A DNA stretch of 64,000 nt from Bacilli bacterium (GTDB taxonomy: Bacteria; Bacillota_I; Bacilli_A; RF39; UBA660): NCBI GenBank assembly GCA_017512495.1, contig JAFWGF010000045.1:2202-66201 (forward strand), in the 5' to 3' direction. Shown here piece after piece: positions 44,411 through 55,431 of this stretch. A program made the position numbers and the translations under genes. Within the stretch, counting starts at the first letter, position 1, and each line of letters begins with the position of its first letter. The notes beneath the pieces are model-generated. The model ran no database searches. It had not been told where the DNA came from and was given only the letters and a program-made list of their open reading frames with translations.

Positions 44411-45677
44411 ACTCTTTAATGCTCTTTAAAGCTTCTTGTAATTGAACATCATTATCATATGTAGGATTTTTATAATACTCTTCTGTAGCAGAAACAACTA
44501 AATCTGGTTCTACACCGTTTGCTTCCAACCATTCACCCTTAGAAGTTAACCATTTTTCTGTAGTATATTTAATACTATTACCACTACTTAATAATTGAGA
44601 TTTTTGAACTGTTCCCTTTCCATAAGTAGCTGTTCCTACAACGATAGCTTTCTCATAATTATCTTTAAATGCAGAAGCTAATATCTCAGCTGCAGAAGCA
44701 CTTCCACTATTAACTAATACTGCAACTGGATAACTCTTAGTACCACTGTTTAATGCATAAACTTTCTTAGTACTATCCTTAGTTTTAATTTGATATAAAA
44801 CAGTCTTTCTATCAAAGAAAATACTTAATATTTCACGAGTTTGTTTTAAATGACCACCAGGATTATTTCTAACATCAATTACTAATGCATCAATTCTATT
44901 TCTATCAAATCTATTCATTGCCTTCTTAAACTGATTATATGTATTAGAAGCAACATTATCTATTTTGACATATCCGATCTTTAAATCTTCATAATCAAAA
45001 ACATGATTACTAACACTTTGAATCTCAATGACTCCTCTTTTTATAGTATATACTTTCTTCTCATTGCCTCTTTTGATAGTAAGTTTTACTTTAGAACCAA
45101 CTTTTCCTTTAGTAATATTATCAAAAGCTTTTGGATTTTCAACAATATCTTTGCCATTTACTTCCATAAGAATATCATCTACTTCAAGGCCAGCTTTCTC
45201 AGCAGGAGTATCTTTCATAACTTCAATAATTTTATGATAACCATCTTCCTGACACATAACTGTTACCCCTACTCCTACAAAAGAACCATCAACAGTCTTA
45301 TTAAAATCCTTTGCAGTAGTACTATCCATATAATTAGTATAAGGATCATTTAATGACTCTATCATTCCCTTAACAGCTGCATCACTTAGTTTATCTTTAT
45401 TATAATCTCCATAATAATTATGTGTAATATTATTATATACATTTACTATTTCACGCAAGTTCTTATCACTAGCAGAACTCTTACTTCCAGTAATTATATA
45501 TCCTAAGATAACTCCAAATAAGATTGAAATTATAATGATGATAATTACTTCAAAAATAGAAAAAGTACTATCTACATCTTCATATTTGCTAGGAAAGAAT
45601 TTCTTTTTAAAAGCAGTTATTAAATCTTGCTTTTTTCTTTTATTCTTTTTCTTCTTATTTTTCTTCATAATCATCAC
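44400..45677 (-). CDS. S41-family C-terminal processing peptidase with PDZ domain
   Basis: PAEKAGLEVDDIL (PDZ), NSGSASAAEILA (Ser), YGKGTVQ (Lys). Confidence 0.9.
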   Translation of the reverse strand: MMIMKKNKKKKNKRKKQDLITAFKKKFFPSKYEDVDSTFSIFEVIIIIIISILFGVILGYIITGSKSSASDKNLREIVNVYNNITHNYYGDYNKDKLSDAAVKGMIESLNDPYTNYMDSTTAKDFNKTVDGSFVGVGVTVMCQEDGYHKIIEVMKDTPAEKAGLEVDDILMEVNGKDIVENPKAFDNITKGKVGSKVKLTIKRGNEKKVYTIKRGVIEIQSVSNHVFDYEDLKIGYVKIDNVASNTYNQFKKAMNRFDRNRIDALVIDVRNNPGGHLKQTREILSIFFDRKTVLYQIKTKDSTKKVYALNSGTKSYPVAVLVNSGSASAAEILASAFKDNYEKAIVVGTATYGKGTVQKSQLLSSGNSIKYTTEKWLTSKGEWLEANGVEPDLVVSATEEYYKNPTYDNDVQLQEALKSIKESNK

Positions 45678-45769
45678 CTACTAATAACATTATCCTATCC
45701 TAACTAAATATATAATAAGATTTACTATTTGTCAAACTCTCTTTCAAAAAGAAAAAAGACTAATGTCTT

Positions 45770-46324
45770 TTAACTTAAATAATTACGAATAGATTCTTCT
45801 CCCTCTAAATAATCAACTAATTTTTTATCAGTAATTCTAACTAATGTAGGACCATTAATTGATAATTCAGAAGCTTTAGTAGGATTCTTATTAGATTCTT
45901 CTGTAGTACTATATTTCTTATTAAAACTATTACTCATATCTACATAATATATTGGTAAATGATCTTCTTTTTCTTTATATGAAGAAATTAATTCACTATA
46001 GATACTAGAAACTGCATCACTGTCTTTTTCATATAATACTACTATATAATCAGAGTCACTCATTGAAAAAGTTTTTCCAATTAATATCTTATCATAATCA
46101 ATTGATACTTCACTAGTTTCAGTTTTTTCTTCAGTATCATCTTTCTCAGTATGTTTATTAGTAATATAAATTGTTAATAAATAGAATAGTCCTAAGATAC
46201 ATATTACTACTAAAGCAATCATTGCTTTATTTAGAATTTCATCCTTAGTTAATTTTATTTCTTCAATAGCCTCTTCCTTTTTCTTCTTCTTTTGTTCTTT
46301 TCTTCTTGTCTGTCTATTTGCCAT
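45770..46324 (-). CDS. Membrane-anchored hypothetical protein
   Basis: 184 aa. Basic N-terminus, one TM segment, and an extracytoplasmic domain without recognised motifs. Confidence 0.5.
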   Translation of the reverse strand: MANRQTRRKEQKKKKKEEAIEEIKLTKDEILNKAMIALVVICILGLFYLLTIYITNKHTEKDDTEEKTETSEVSIDYDKILIGKTFSMSDSDYIVVLYEKDSDAVSSIYSELISSYKEKEDHLPIYYVDMSNSFNKKYSTTEESNKNPTKASELSINGPTLVRITDKKLVDYLEGEESIRNYLS

Positions 46325-46372
46325 TTCTAATCACCTAAAGTGATTATATCACAATAAATCTTATTAAGTCTA

Positions 46373-47353
46373 TTATTTAGAAGAAATAGTACCAGTAATA
46401 GATTCAGCAATTTCAATAAGTTCAGTTGTATCCATAACATCACTAACTAAATAATAATCAATTCCTGAACTAGTCCATGATAATGAATTATTAGTCATAA
46501 CACCTAAAGTATCCATTAATTGATATGGTTCACCAATTGTGGGAATAACAGTAAATTCATTAAATACCTCAGTCGTTTCTTCTACTAATAGAAATGATTT
46601 TTCTCCATCATAGTTCATTATTACTCGCTCACCATTTTGCTTTTCTATTTTTTCTTCTTTGGTTAATTTAGTACCAGTAGGCAAAAATAATGGATAAACA
46701 ATATCTTCTAATTTACCAGTTTTAGTAGTTTCAGTGTTTTTCTTACTAACTAATTTATCAATATTAAATTCATCTTTAGTTAACTTAGGAGAATAACTAA
46801 CTTTATTAAATTTTATATTCATTTTCTCTATTCCATCTTTATCATAAACCTTTACTGCTTTTGGCTTAAGTTTCTTGTCTAAAACGATCTTTTGCCTTTT
46901 CAAACTATTATTATTTGGATAATTAACCTTTGTTTCAATAATTATTTCATTATTGTTAGTTTTAACAACAGCCTTCTTATCACTCTTAATATCATTAATA
47001 AGCATATCTAATAAATATATTTGGGAATTATTATAAGGCCAATCACTTTGAAAACGAAAACTCTTATTAAGTGCCGGAGTCAATAAATACACTCCTTCTT
47101 TATTCTTCAATATCACTTGTTTTTGATCATTAAGCGTATTCTTTAAAACTACTTTATAATAACCTTTATTATATGATACATCAACAGTATAATCATATGT
47201 CTCATCATTATTTACTACACTAAGATTTCCAGATAACTTGTAACCATTCTTTATTTTCTTATTCATATCCTCAACGATATTCTTTTGATTATATTTATTA
47301 CAACCAGTTAAGAATAAACAAAAAAAGATAATAACTAATAATATTTTTTTCAT
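46373..47353 (-). CDS. Lipoprotein, function unknown
   Basis: MKKILLVIIFFCLFLTGCN is a signal peptide with a lipobox. Downstream of cdaA-cdaR. Confidence 0.65.
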   Translation of the reverse strand: MKKILLVIIFFCLFLTGCNKYNQKNIVEDMNKKIKNGYKLSGNLSVVNNDETYDYTVDVSYNKGYYKVVLKNTLNDQKQVILKNKEGVYLLTPALNKSFRFQSDWPYNNSQIYLLDMLINDIKSDKKAVVKTNNNEIIIETKVNYPNNNSLKRQKIVLDKKLKPKAVKVYDKDGIEKMNIKFNKVSYSPKLTKDEFNIDKLVSKKNTETTKTGKLEDIVYPLFLPTGTKLTKEEKIEKQNGERVIMNYDGEKSFLLVEETTEVFNEFTVIPTIGEPYQLMDTLGVMTNNSLSWTSSGIDYYLVSDVMDTTELIEIAESITGTISSK

Positions 47354-47424
47354 AATATGCTCCTTTTCTAATTAAGTATATGAATAAAAACTAATATTAG
47401 TACAAAAAAAAGTGATCATTAAGA

Positions 47425-48795
47425 TCACTTTTCTGATATTCTTACTTTTACTTTCTTAGTCTTTGATGAATAATCTAGTCTTAAGTCAGTTCCAGTAACT
47501 TTTACTTCTACTTCATGCTCACCAACACCATAGTCCTTTAGATCTATGTATGCTGTTATATCTGAAGCTTGAACATCTTTAATAGCATCAGCACTACCTT
47601 TAACTACAACTGTAACCTGTCTGTCTTCATCTGATAATGCCTGTACTTTAAGATTACTCTCTAAATTCATTGATTGAACCGAGATATTTTCGATCTCTTT
47701 ACTAGATGAATTATCCAGTACAACCTTAATAGTCATAGTCTTAGAACTTAATTCTGTTATTCCTTTAGGTTTCTTCAATGTAACATTAAATTCTTTATCT
47801 TTGTCTAAACCTTTAACGTCAATTTCTACTTCTAATTGCTCAATAGCATCTATTGCTTCTTGTGAACCATATACTGTAATCTTAGATAGACTTGCATCCA
47901 TTGATTTAATAGATTTACCGAAAGCTAAATCTCCTTTTGGAACTACTCTTACTGGTATTTCTTTACTTGGTGAAGTAATTGTAATATTAGCAGCAACTGT
48001 TTTAGGAACAATTTCTACATCTACAATCTTACCATCATTATCATAAGCAACTAAAGGAATATCTTTAACTGTTATTTCTCCTGCCTTTGGATTAGGAATG
48101 TTATTAACATCAACTAATGCCTTAACGGCAGCAACCTTATCTAATTTATATTGTGCTCCTTTAATTATTACTTCTGAACGATCAATTTCAACATTACTTA
48201 TATATAACTTACTATCTAAACTCTCTTGATGTAATACATCATAAGTTAAAGCTCTATTCTCACTAACCTTCTCATAAATAGTAACTGTTACTTGTGAAGG
48301 ATCTAGTTTATAATCCAATGATTTTAATCTCTGAGTATATCTTAACTCTACTCTATGATTTCCTGGTTTCTTTCCAGTTAAATCAACTGATACTCCTTTA
48401 GAAGGAGATTGCTTTGCTAAAAAGATATGTCTTCTTTGTCCAATTAGTGTTATATCTACAGTCTTTGGTAATCCTTCGATTACATATAATTCTTCATTAT
48501 AAACAGCTGTAACTGGTTGATTATATAGAATCTCTGCATATTGATCAATCATTACATTAGATTCTCTATCAATCACTACAAACACACCAAAAGCTAAGAT
48601 TAAACTAACTACCAATAAAGTTGATTTTTTTCCTGATATTTTATCAAAACTCTTAACTAGTGATTTTCCTAAATTCATTATTTTTAGAATCAATTTCGTA
48701 ATTGGAGTTATTAACCATTTATCAAAGAATAATCCAATATGACGAAATAGCTTCATTATCATCTTACCTATCTTCTTCATATATCTCTTCCTCAT
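47425..48795 (-). CDS. cdaR: CdaR (YbbR-domain) regulator of diadenylate cyclase
   Basis: N-terminal TM segment and four repeated YbbR-like beta domains. Immediately downstream of cdaA and overlapping it. The exact start is uncertain, with several in-frame Met codons. Confidence 0.85.
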   Translation of the reverse strand: MRKRYMKKIGKMIMKLFRHIGLFFDKWLITPITKLILKIMNLGKSLVKSFDKISGKKSTLLVVSLILAFGVFVVIDRESNVMIDQYAEILYNQPVTAVYNEELYVIEGLPKTVDITLIGQRRHIFLAKQSPSKGVSVDLTGKKPGNHRVELRYTQRLKSLDYKLDPSQVTVTIYEKVSENRALTYDVLHQESLDSKLYISNVEIDRSEVIIKGAQYKLDKVAAVKALVDVNNIPNPKAGEITVKDIPLVAYDNDGKIVDVEIVPKTVAANITITSPSKEIPVRVVPKGDLAFGKSIKSMDASLSKITVYGSQEAIDAIEQLEVEIDVKGLDKDKEFNVTLKKPKGITELSSKTMTIKVVLDNSSSKEIENISVQSMNLESNLKVQALSDEDRQVTVVVKGSADAIKDVQASDITAYIDLKDYGVGEHEVEVKVTGTDLRLDYSSKTKKVKVRISEK

Positions 48796-49594
48796 CTATT
48801 TCTTCTTCATAATCCGCATCTTGTTTTGGTTTTAACTCATCAATTAGCATCATTCTAACATCATCAAGTGTTAAATTATATAGCATTTCACCTTTTAGTG
48901 CTATTGATACTCTTCCTGTCTCTTCAGAAACTACGATACAAATAGCATCAGTTTCTTCTGCTAATCCTAAAGCAGCTCTATGTCTAGTTCCTAAACGTCT
49001 ATTAAGCTTAGAACTATTACTTGTAGGGAATACTGCTCCAGCACAAGTTATTCTATCTCCTTGAATAATTACACCACCATCATGTAATGGATTACCTTCA
49101 TAGAATATAGCAATTAATAAATCACTAGATAAATCTGCATATAATTTTTTAGCTTTATCAATATAGTTTCCTAAACTTATATCTCTTTCAATAACAATTA
49201 ATGCTCCTATTCTTTCTTTCCTTAGATAGTCAATTGCATTAATCATTTCATAAACCATATGCTCTCTTTCATCTACTGTTAAAACCTTATGTCTTCCTAG
49301 TAATTGGCTTCTACCTAATTGCTCAAGTATAGTACGTATTTCTGGTTGAAAGATAATAATCAAAGCAACTGGTCCCCATTGAATAATATAATCAAGTAAG
49401 TATCCAACAGTTACAAAACCAAGTTTATCACTTATAAGCTTTAAAACTATTACAAAAGCTACTCCTTTAAAAATCAAAGATAATTTAACATTATTCTTAA
49501 TATTCTTCAAAATATAATAAAATATAAACCATACTAATGAAATATCTACTATTTTTCTTACTATAGTTAATATATCAGACATAGTTATTACCAT
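48764..49594 (-). CDS. cdaA: Diadenylate cyclase CdaA (DacA)
   Basis: Three N-terminal TM segments and a DisA_N domain (GALIVIERD, PLHDGGVII, GTRHRAALG). AGGAGA lies 7 nt before ATG 49594. Confidence 0.93.
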   Translation of the reverse strand: MVITMSDILTIVRKIVDISLVWFIFYYILKNIKNNVKLSLIFKGVAFVIVLKLISDKLGFVTVGYLLDYIIQWGPVALIIIFQPEIRTILEQLGRSQLLGRHKVLTVDEREHMVYEMINAIDYLRKERIGALIVIERDISLGNYIDKAKKLYADLSSDLLIAIFYEGNPLHDGGVIIQGDRITCAGAVFPTSNSSKLNRRLGTRHRAALGLAEETDAICIVVSEETGRVSIALKGEMLYNLTLDDVRMMLIDELKPKQDADYEEEIDEEEIYEEDR

Positions 49595-49704
49595 CACGTC
49601 ATCTCCTAACTTGTTTTGTAGATAAAAAAAGCCAATATCACTTTTCTTACCCCATACTTAATATTATGATAACATTTTATGATCTTTTTAGCAACCAAAT
49701 TCCA

Positions 49705-49729
49705 TGAAAAAAGAACACTAAGTGTTCTT
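49705..49729 (-). terminator. Rho-independent terminator after CDS 49728-50312
   Basis: AAGAACAC-TAA-GTGTTCTT hairpin (49711-49729) with a T run on the minus strand. Confidence 0.65.
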
Positions 49730-50312
49730 AAATTGTATTTCTAAATCTTGTTAATTTTTTAACTCCATGACCACCAACAGTATAATCATATTCTTTACTA
49801 ATATCTTCAGTGCAATCTATTGCATAATACTCTTTTAATGAATTAGTCATAAGCTCATACTTTTCAACAGCTTGCTCTGTATTTTTAGCTTTAATTAAGT
49901 TAGCAATTGGTTCTAAGAATGAGGTATAAATTCCACTAACTATATCTTTATCTTCTTCTGCTAATTTCTTAGCAATAACTGGACCAACACTATCATATTC
50001 AAATAGAACTGGTGCATATTTTTCATCTTTTTGTAATACTTCTTTTCTGAATCCTCTTAAAGTGTTCATAACTTCACAGTTATCCGCAAATCCTAAGACA
50101 CTACAAACCATTGTAGTTATATAGCAACTGCTTCCTACATAATCTCTACTACGATAACTATTGCAAATACCATCATCAGGATAATAAAAGCAACCCATTT
50201 CTATACAATGTCCTTTAATATAATCTGGTCCATCAAATAATACATTATCATCATCTTTATCTTTTAACCAATAACAACTACCACATTGGTTTGCACTATA
50301 CTTGTATGACAC
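49728..50312 (-). CDS. Cysteine-rich cytoplasmic protein, function unknown
   Basis: 194 aa with eight Cys in the first 80 residues (CGSC, HCIEMGC, GICNS, SSCYITTMVCSVLGFADNC). No signal peptide. Confidence 0.55.
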   Translation of the reverse strand: MSYKYSANQCGSCYWLKDKDDDNVLFDGPDYIKGHCIEMGCFYYPDDGICNSYRSRDYVGSSCYITTMVCSVLGFADNCEVMNTLRGFRKEVLQKDEKYAPVLFEYDSVGPVIAKKLAEEDKDIVSGIYTSFLEPIANLIKAKNTEQAVEKYELMTNSLKEYYAIDCTEDISKEYDYTVGGHGVKKLTRFRNTI

Positions 50313-50362
50313 AAATATACCCCCTTAATGAGTACATATTATACTACAATTCATGCAATTTA

Positions 50363-52618
50363 TCAATGCTTTTTCTTATAACGATTATCTTCCAGCTTTC
50401 TTCTAGCCATCTTTTTAACCATAACATTAGTATTATTTATATCATCAATTAAATTCTCTTCTAGCTTTTTTGAAACTGAAAAATCAATAAACTTGTCTTC
50501 TTTTGAAGCAAATTTTACCTTTACTAATAATCTATCTCCAATATAATAATCTTCTTTTCCATCTAAAGATATTAAAGTATATGTATTAGGATTATAAGCA
50601 TAATTACCACTTAAATTTCTCATTCTTACTTTACCTTCTACTAAGTTATCTAGTTGAATTTGAAGTCCATGATTTGAAACACCAATAACTGTACCTCTAT
50701 ATTCTTCTCCAACATGTTCTTTCATATATTCAGCACATTTCATATAAAGAACTTGTTGTTCTGCTTCATCAGCAATTTTTTCCATTCTAGATGTCTGCAT
50801 ACCTATATCAGGTAATTTTTGTTCCCATTTCTTAGCTTTTCTCTTTGCTTTTGCATGATCATTAAGAGCACAATCTTTTAAAATACGGTGTACAGTTAAA
50901 TCAGAATATCTTCTAATTGGTGAAGTAAAATGACAATAATACTGTTTAGCTAATCCACTATGTCCAATATTAACAGGACTATATTTAGCTCTAGACATAC
51001 AACGAATTAATCTACTTGATAGCATTGTAGATAATCTACCAGTATCACTAACATGCTCAACTAATTTTTGCATTATTTCCCTTGAATTAGCACATTCCTT
51101 AGCATTATACTCAAAAGGTAAACTTATCGCATCTAACATACATAAATAATCAAACAATTTTTCTTCATTTGGTATACCATGTATTCTATGTAAACATGGA
51201 TATCCTCTTTTAGATAAATGTTTATCTACTGTTTCATTTGCTAGAATCATGAATTCTTCAATTAAGTTTTCACCCAAATCTTGAATTCTCATAGAAAATG
51301 AATCTATCTTTCCTTTTTCACTATAAATAGGTTTCAATTCTGGTTTATTAAATTCAACTGCTCCATTAAGAATACGATTCTTGCGAAGTAACAAAGCTAT
51401 TATATTTAAAGTACGTAGTTCTTCTTCAAAATCTTTATATTCTTCAGGCACAATATTATCTTTTAAAATACCATTTACAGCATCATAGGTCATTTTCGTA
51501 TTAGACTTAATAACTGTTGGAGTAATACGATAATTAATTACTTCTCCATCTTGATTTAGTTCCATAATGCAACTCATCGCAAGTCTTTCTACATATGGAT
51601 TTAATGAACAAATACCATTAGATAACTCATGAGGTAACATAGGTATTACTTTATTAGCTAAATAATTACTATTACTTTTCGTATAAGCATCTTTATCCAG
51701 TGGAGAATTTTCTGGTATATAATGACTAACATCTGCGATATGTACGCCAACTTCATAATTACCATTAGGTAATTTTCTACAACTTAAGGCATCATCAATA
51801 TCCTTTGTATCTGCTCCATCAATAGTAAATATCTTCCAATTAGTTAAATCTTCTCTTCCGATTTTATCACTATCTAAAACACTGGTAGGCATACGTTTTA
51901 CTTGTTCTAGCGATTTCGAACTAAAGTGATCATCTATACCACATTTAAAAGCTTCCCAAAGAATATCTTGATCAGGATCATCTTTATGATTAAATACTCT
52001 TGTTATTTCTCCTATGTAGAAGTCATCACTAGTTTGTTCAACTAATTTAACCGCTACTCTTTGGCCTTCAATTGCTTCTCCTTTTAATGCGATATTTAAC
52101 CCTTGTTTTTTCTTATCAATAGGCTTAACAAAATAACTATATCCTTGTCTTACAACTTCCCCAACAATATTTTCTAGGTTTCTATCAAGTATATCTACAA
52201 CTCTTGGTTTAACACCATTACCCCCAATATCTATAAGTACTTCGTCTCCATCAATTGCACCATTACAATTGTTTTTATCAATTGAATACTTATCCTCAGT
52301 AGTAAAACTCTGTCCTTCTTTATTCACAAAAAAATTCCTAGAGATAACAAATCCTTCCTTATTCTTGTTGCCATAAAAACGACCAACTCTAAAAGAAGTC
52401 TTTATAATAGATGAGATCTTACCACTATTATTTTCAATATATTCATAACTGTTTAACCCTTTTTCGACGATTTCATCTATTTTATTCTTGTCATCACTAG
52501 AAAGTCCAGCATAATCCTTTACTTCCAAACTAATTAATTCTGCTACCTTTAGATATAGCATTTCTCTTTCAATTGGTTTCTTGCATTTTCTTAATGCTAG
52601 ATCTACATAGTATTTCAT
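50363..52618 (-). CDS. rnr: Ribonuclease R
   Basis: 751 aa. RNB domain (IDGADTKDIDDALS), C-terminal S1 domain, and a basic tail. Confidence 0.95.
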   Translation of the reverse strand: MKYYVDLALRKCKKPIEREMLYLKVAELISLEVKDYAGLSSDDKNKIDEIVEKGLNSYEYIENNSGKISSIIKTSFRVGRFYGNKNKEGFVISRNFFVNKEGQSFTTEDKYSIDKNNCNGAIDGDEVLIDIGGNGVKPRVVDILDRNLENIVGEVVRQGYSYFVKPIDKKKQGLNIALKGEAIEGQRVAVKLVEQTSDDFYIGEITRVFNHKDDPDQDILWEAFKCGIDDHFSSKSLEQVKRMPTSVLDSDKIGREDLTNWKIFTIDGADTKDIDDALSCRKLPNGNYEVGVHIADVSHYIPENSPLDKDAYTKSNSNYLANKVIPMLPHELSNGICSLNPYVERLAMSCIMELNQDGEVINYRITPTVIKSNTKMTYDAVNGILKDNIVPEEYKDFEEELRTLNIIALLLRKNRILNGAVEFNKPELKPIYSEKGKIDSFSMRIQDLGENLIEEFMILANETVDKHLSKRGYPCLHRIHGIPNEEKLFDYLCMLDAISLPFEYNAKECANSREIMQKLVEHVSDTGRLSTMLSSRLIRCMSRAKYSPVNIGHSGLAKQYYCHFTSPIRRYSDLTVHRILKDCALNDHAKAKRKAKKWEQKLPDIGMQTSRMEKIADEAEQQVLYMKCAEYMKEHVGEEYRGTVIGVSNHGLQIQLDNLVEGKVRMRNLSGNYAYNPNTYTLISLDGKEDYYIGDRLLVKVKFASKEDKFIDFSVSKKLEENLIDDINNTNVMVKKMARRKLEDNRYKKKH

Positions 52619-52669
52619 ATTATGCCCCCTACATCAAATTTACCATATTTCAAGGCAAAAAAAAAGACT

Positions 52670-52876
52670 TTAATCATTTTTAAAGTCCAAATGTCCTAAT
52701 AAAATACCTATATTTACTAGCCCACATACTCCAACTAAAGTATAAATAACTCTAGTAAAAAAAGTCATTTTACCAAACAGTAGAGCAACTAAATTAACAT
52801 CTAAAATACCAATTAATCCCCAATTAATTGCTCCTACAATTGTTATAACTAATAGCATTTTCTGCATTGTTTCCAT
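52670..52876 (-). CDS. DUF378-family small membrane protein
   Basis: VGAINWGLIG motif and two TM segments. TAGGAGG precedes ATG 52876. Confidence 0.8.
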   Translation of the reverse strand: METMQKMLLVITIVGAINWGLIGILDVNLVALLFGKMTFFTRVIYTLVGVCGLVNIGILLGHLDFKND

Positions 52877-52925
52877 TTTATTACCTCCTATCATTAGAAT
52901 AACCAGTTATTACTTATTTATACAT

Positions 52926-52952
52926 AAAAAAAGACTATATTAATATAGTCTT
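52926..52952 (-). terminator. Rho-independent terminator after the NlpC/P60 gene
   Basis: AAGACTATAT / ATATAGTCTT inverted repeat with a T run on the minus strand. Confidence 0.6.
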
Positions 52953-52956
52953 AAGT

Positions 52957-53979
52957 CTACGGTATTCTTCTGACACCCATCAATTTATCAATTGATCCAT
53001 TTTGCCATGCAGCTACGTTACTTAACATAACACCTTGTGATGGATTAGTAGCATGAATCATTAAACCGTTTCCAACATATAATGCTGAATGAGTAACAGC
53101 TCCTCCATGCCCCCAGTTCAAAATATCACCAGGTTGAGCATTTTCATAACTTACAGCTACACCATCATATGCTTGAGTATATGAACTTCTACTAACACTC
53201 TTTCCTACTCTGGAATATACGTATTGTACAAATCCACTACAGTCAAATCCATATGGTCCATTTGACCCTGAAATATATGGAGCACCTATTAATGAATAAG
53301 CAATAGAAACTAAATCTCCTCCAACACCATTAGCTGGTGCATTTGCATTTACTGGAATACTAATTCTATATTCTGGTTTAGCTTTTACTTCCAGAATAAA
53401 CTTAATTTGATTAATATTACCACTTTTATCTTTTGCATTTACTATTACTTCATGTTCACCAACATTATCAATATCTTCTCCATAACTAAAGTCATAATAG
53501 AAATTACTATCCTCTGTCACTTCATTAGAATAAGCAATATCACCATCTACTAAATCAGTTACAGAATTAATATTAGTAGTAAGATCATAATTATCACCTT
53601 CAGTAATAGTTACTTTCTCTTCTTTTATATTAATATCCGGAGCAATTGTATCAACTACATTTACTAAGAACGCTACTTCTTTAACAACATTCTCTTTCTT
53701 AACTTCTACAACTACTTCTTGCTCACCTATTTTATTTGTATCGATATCTTGTTTTACAGATACGATTTCCCCTTCGACTTTTTTAATTAGTTTGTTTATA
53801 TCGTAGTTAGCACTTCCATATTCAACTGCTGCCTCTTTATTCACAACCACCTTGATACTCTTATATGTATCATATTTGTGATACACATAGCAACTAATCA
53901 CCATAATCGATGATATCACCACCAAAGAAATGATTTTAAATATCATTAACTTCTTCGACGGTAAATCAATAGTATTCAT
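52957..53979 (-). CDS. Membrane-anchored NlpC/P60 (C40) peptidoglycan endopeptidase with Ig-like N-terminal repeats
   Basis: YGFDCSGFVQYVY (catalytic Cys) and HSALYVGNGLMIHA (His). Confidence 0.85.
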   Translation of the reverse strand: MNTIDLPSKKLMIFKIISLVVISSIMVISCYVYHKYDTYKSIKVVVNKEAAVEYGSANYDINKLIKKVEGEIVSVKQDIDTNKIGEQEVVVEVKKENVVKEVAFLVNVVDTIAPDINIKEEKVTITEGDNYDLTTNINSVTDLVDGDIAYSNEVTEDSNFYYDFSYGEDIDNVGEHEVIVNAKDKSGNINQIKFILEVKAKPEYRISIPVNANAPANGVGGDLVSIAYSLIGAPYISGSNGPYGFDCSGFVQYVYSRVGKSVSRSSYTQAYDGVAVSYENAQPGDILNWGHGGAVTHSALYVGNGLMIHATNPSQGVMLSNVAAWQNGSIDKLMGVRRIP

Positions 53980-54087
53980 ATCTATTTTCCTCCTCGAATG
54001 CCTACTATTATAACATAAAATGACTTATAAGTCAAAAACTTCCTGCTAATAGTATTTATCAAGAATTAAAATTTTATACAAATAAAT

Positions 54088-55431
54088 TCATCTTTTTGAA
54101 AGCTCCACAACCTTTCTCCATAGTAGAGGCCCTACTATTCCATTTACGTCAAAACCATAGTCTTTTTGTAATTTCTTTACCGATTTTTCAGTTAATTCAT
54201 CAAAAGTACCATTGACTCTAACCCCCGGTATAGAATGATCATATCGACAGATATTTAATAAAAATTTTTGAAATCTTCTAACATCTGTACCACTGACTCC
54301 TCTTACTAAAAAATAATCAGGATATAAATCATCAATATAGCTTTGATATTCACTATCGAAAGACTTTAGTATTTTATTATAAACTTCCTTTAATACTTTC
54401 CAATCTTTATAAGTAAATATTCCTGTTACTGGTAATTTATACTTTTCTTGAAAAGCTTTTACTATAGCAATTGAGTTATCATTATAAATAGAATTAGTTG
54501 GTAATCTAGGAATATCTGGATCTAAAAAAGCAATCGCATCCAAATAATAATGAATATGCTCTACTTCAATACCTGTATCTCCATAATTTAATTCATCTTC
54601 ATAACGAAAAGTAGCTTCATCCATACTTAATCCTTCAGAATATAAGTCTGCTAGTTTTTTTACACTAGTATAAATATACTTTATTTTGTACCATGTTGCT
54701 TTATCTACTTTTCCAGTTACTGGTAAACTAAATATTTCTTGAAATTTTTTAACTGCATTCACAGTTTCATCATTATAAATCCCATAAGTATCAGTAATAT
54801 TAGGTATAGCTGGATAGTTTTTTCTTATTCTTCGTAAATCTCTTTGAATAGCTAAAACTGGATTACCTACGCTACCATAAGTAATTTCTACTCCAGGATA
54901 TCCCCCAGTATTATCTCCTACAGGAGCATCATATTTAATAGAAACATCATTGCCATAATATTTCTTTAAAATATTCAATGGTGTCATACCTTGATTTGCT
55001 AATTCTACACTCCCCCATTGTGATAACCCATCACAAGTAGTATTTCTTCCATCACAATATCTTGTAAAATAAGGCTGTATACCATTACCTTTTACCACAT
55101 AGTTGTTAAATATCTCTTCCACAATATTATTAATATTTTCATAGGTAGAACGATCCTTAACATAAGCTTGATCATAAGCAGATGAAGAAGTAATATCAAA
55201 GTTATAGCCTTTACTACGATACCATTCATTATAAATTCTGTTCATAGCAAAAGAAATAATACAATAAATATTAGCTATTAAAGCATTTCTAGGCCATGTC
55301 GGGTACAATTCTGAAGAAGCTACATTAGAAATATAATCAATAAATGAAACTGTAATGTTTTGAGCATTATCACTAGGTTTACCTAAATGAACTGTAATAT
55401 TTCTAGGTACAATTGGATATCTAACTGACAT
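54088..55431 (-). CDS. SleC-like spore cortex-lytic enzyme, catalytic part plus peptidoglycan-binding repeats
   Basis: FIDYISNVASSELYPTWPRNALIANIYCIISFAMNRIYNEWYRSKGYNFDITSSSAYDQ matches my recollection of the clostridial SleC core. At least three PG_binding_1-like repeats are present (VLAIQRDL..., VKKFQEIFSLPVTGKVD, VKAFQEKYKLPVTGI, VKKLQKDYGFDVNGIVG). Confidence 0.75.
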   Translation of the reverse strand: MSVRYPIVPRNITVHLGKPSDNAQNITVSFIDYISNVASSELYPTWPRNALIANIYCIISFAMNRIYNEWYRSKGYNFDITSSSAYDQAYVKDRSTYENINNIVEEIFNNYVVKGNGIQPYFTRYCDGRNTTCDGLSQWGSVELANQGMTPLNILKKYYGNDVSIKYDAPVGDNTGGYPGVEITYGSVGNPVLAIQRDLRRIRKNYPAIPNITDTYGIYNDETVNAVKKFQEIFSLPVTGKVDKATWYKIKYIYTSVKKLADLYSEGLSMDEATFRYEDELNYGDTGIEVEHIHYYLDAIAFLDPDIPRLPTNSIYNDNSIAIVKAFQEKYKLPVTGIFTYKDWKVLKEVYNKILKSFDSEYQSYIDDLYPDYFLVRGVSGTDVRRFQKFLLNICRYDHSIPGVRVNGTFDELTEKSVKKLQKDYGFDVNGIVGPLLWRKVVELSKR

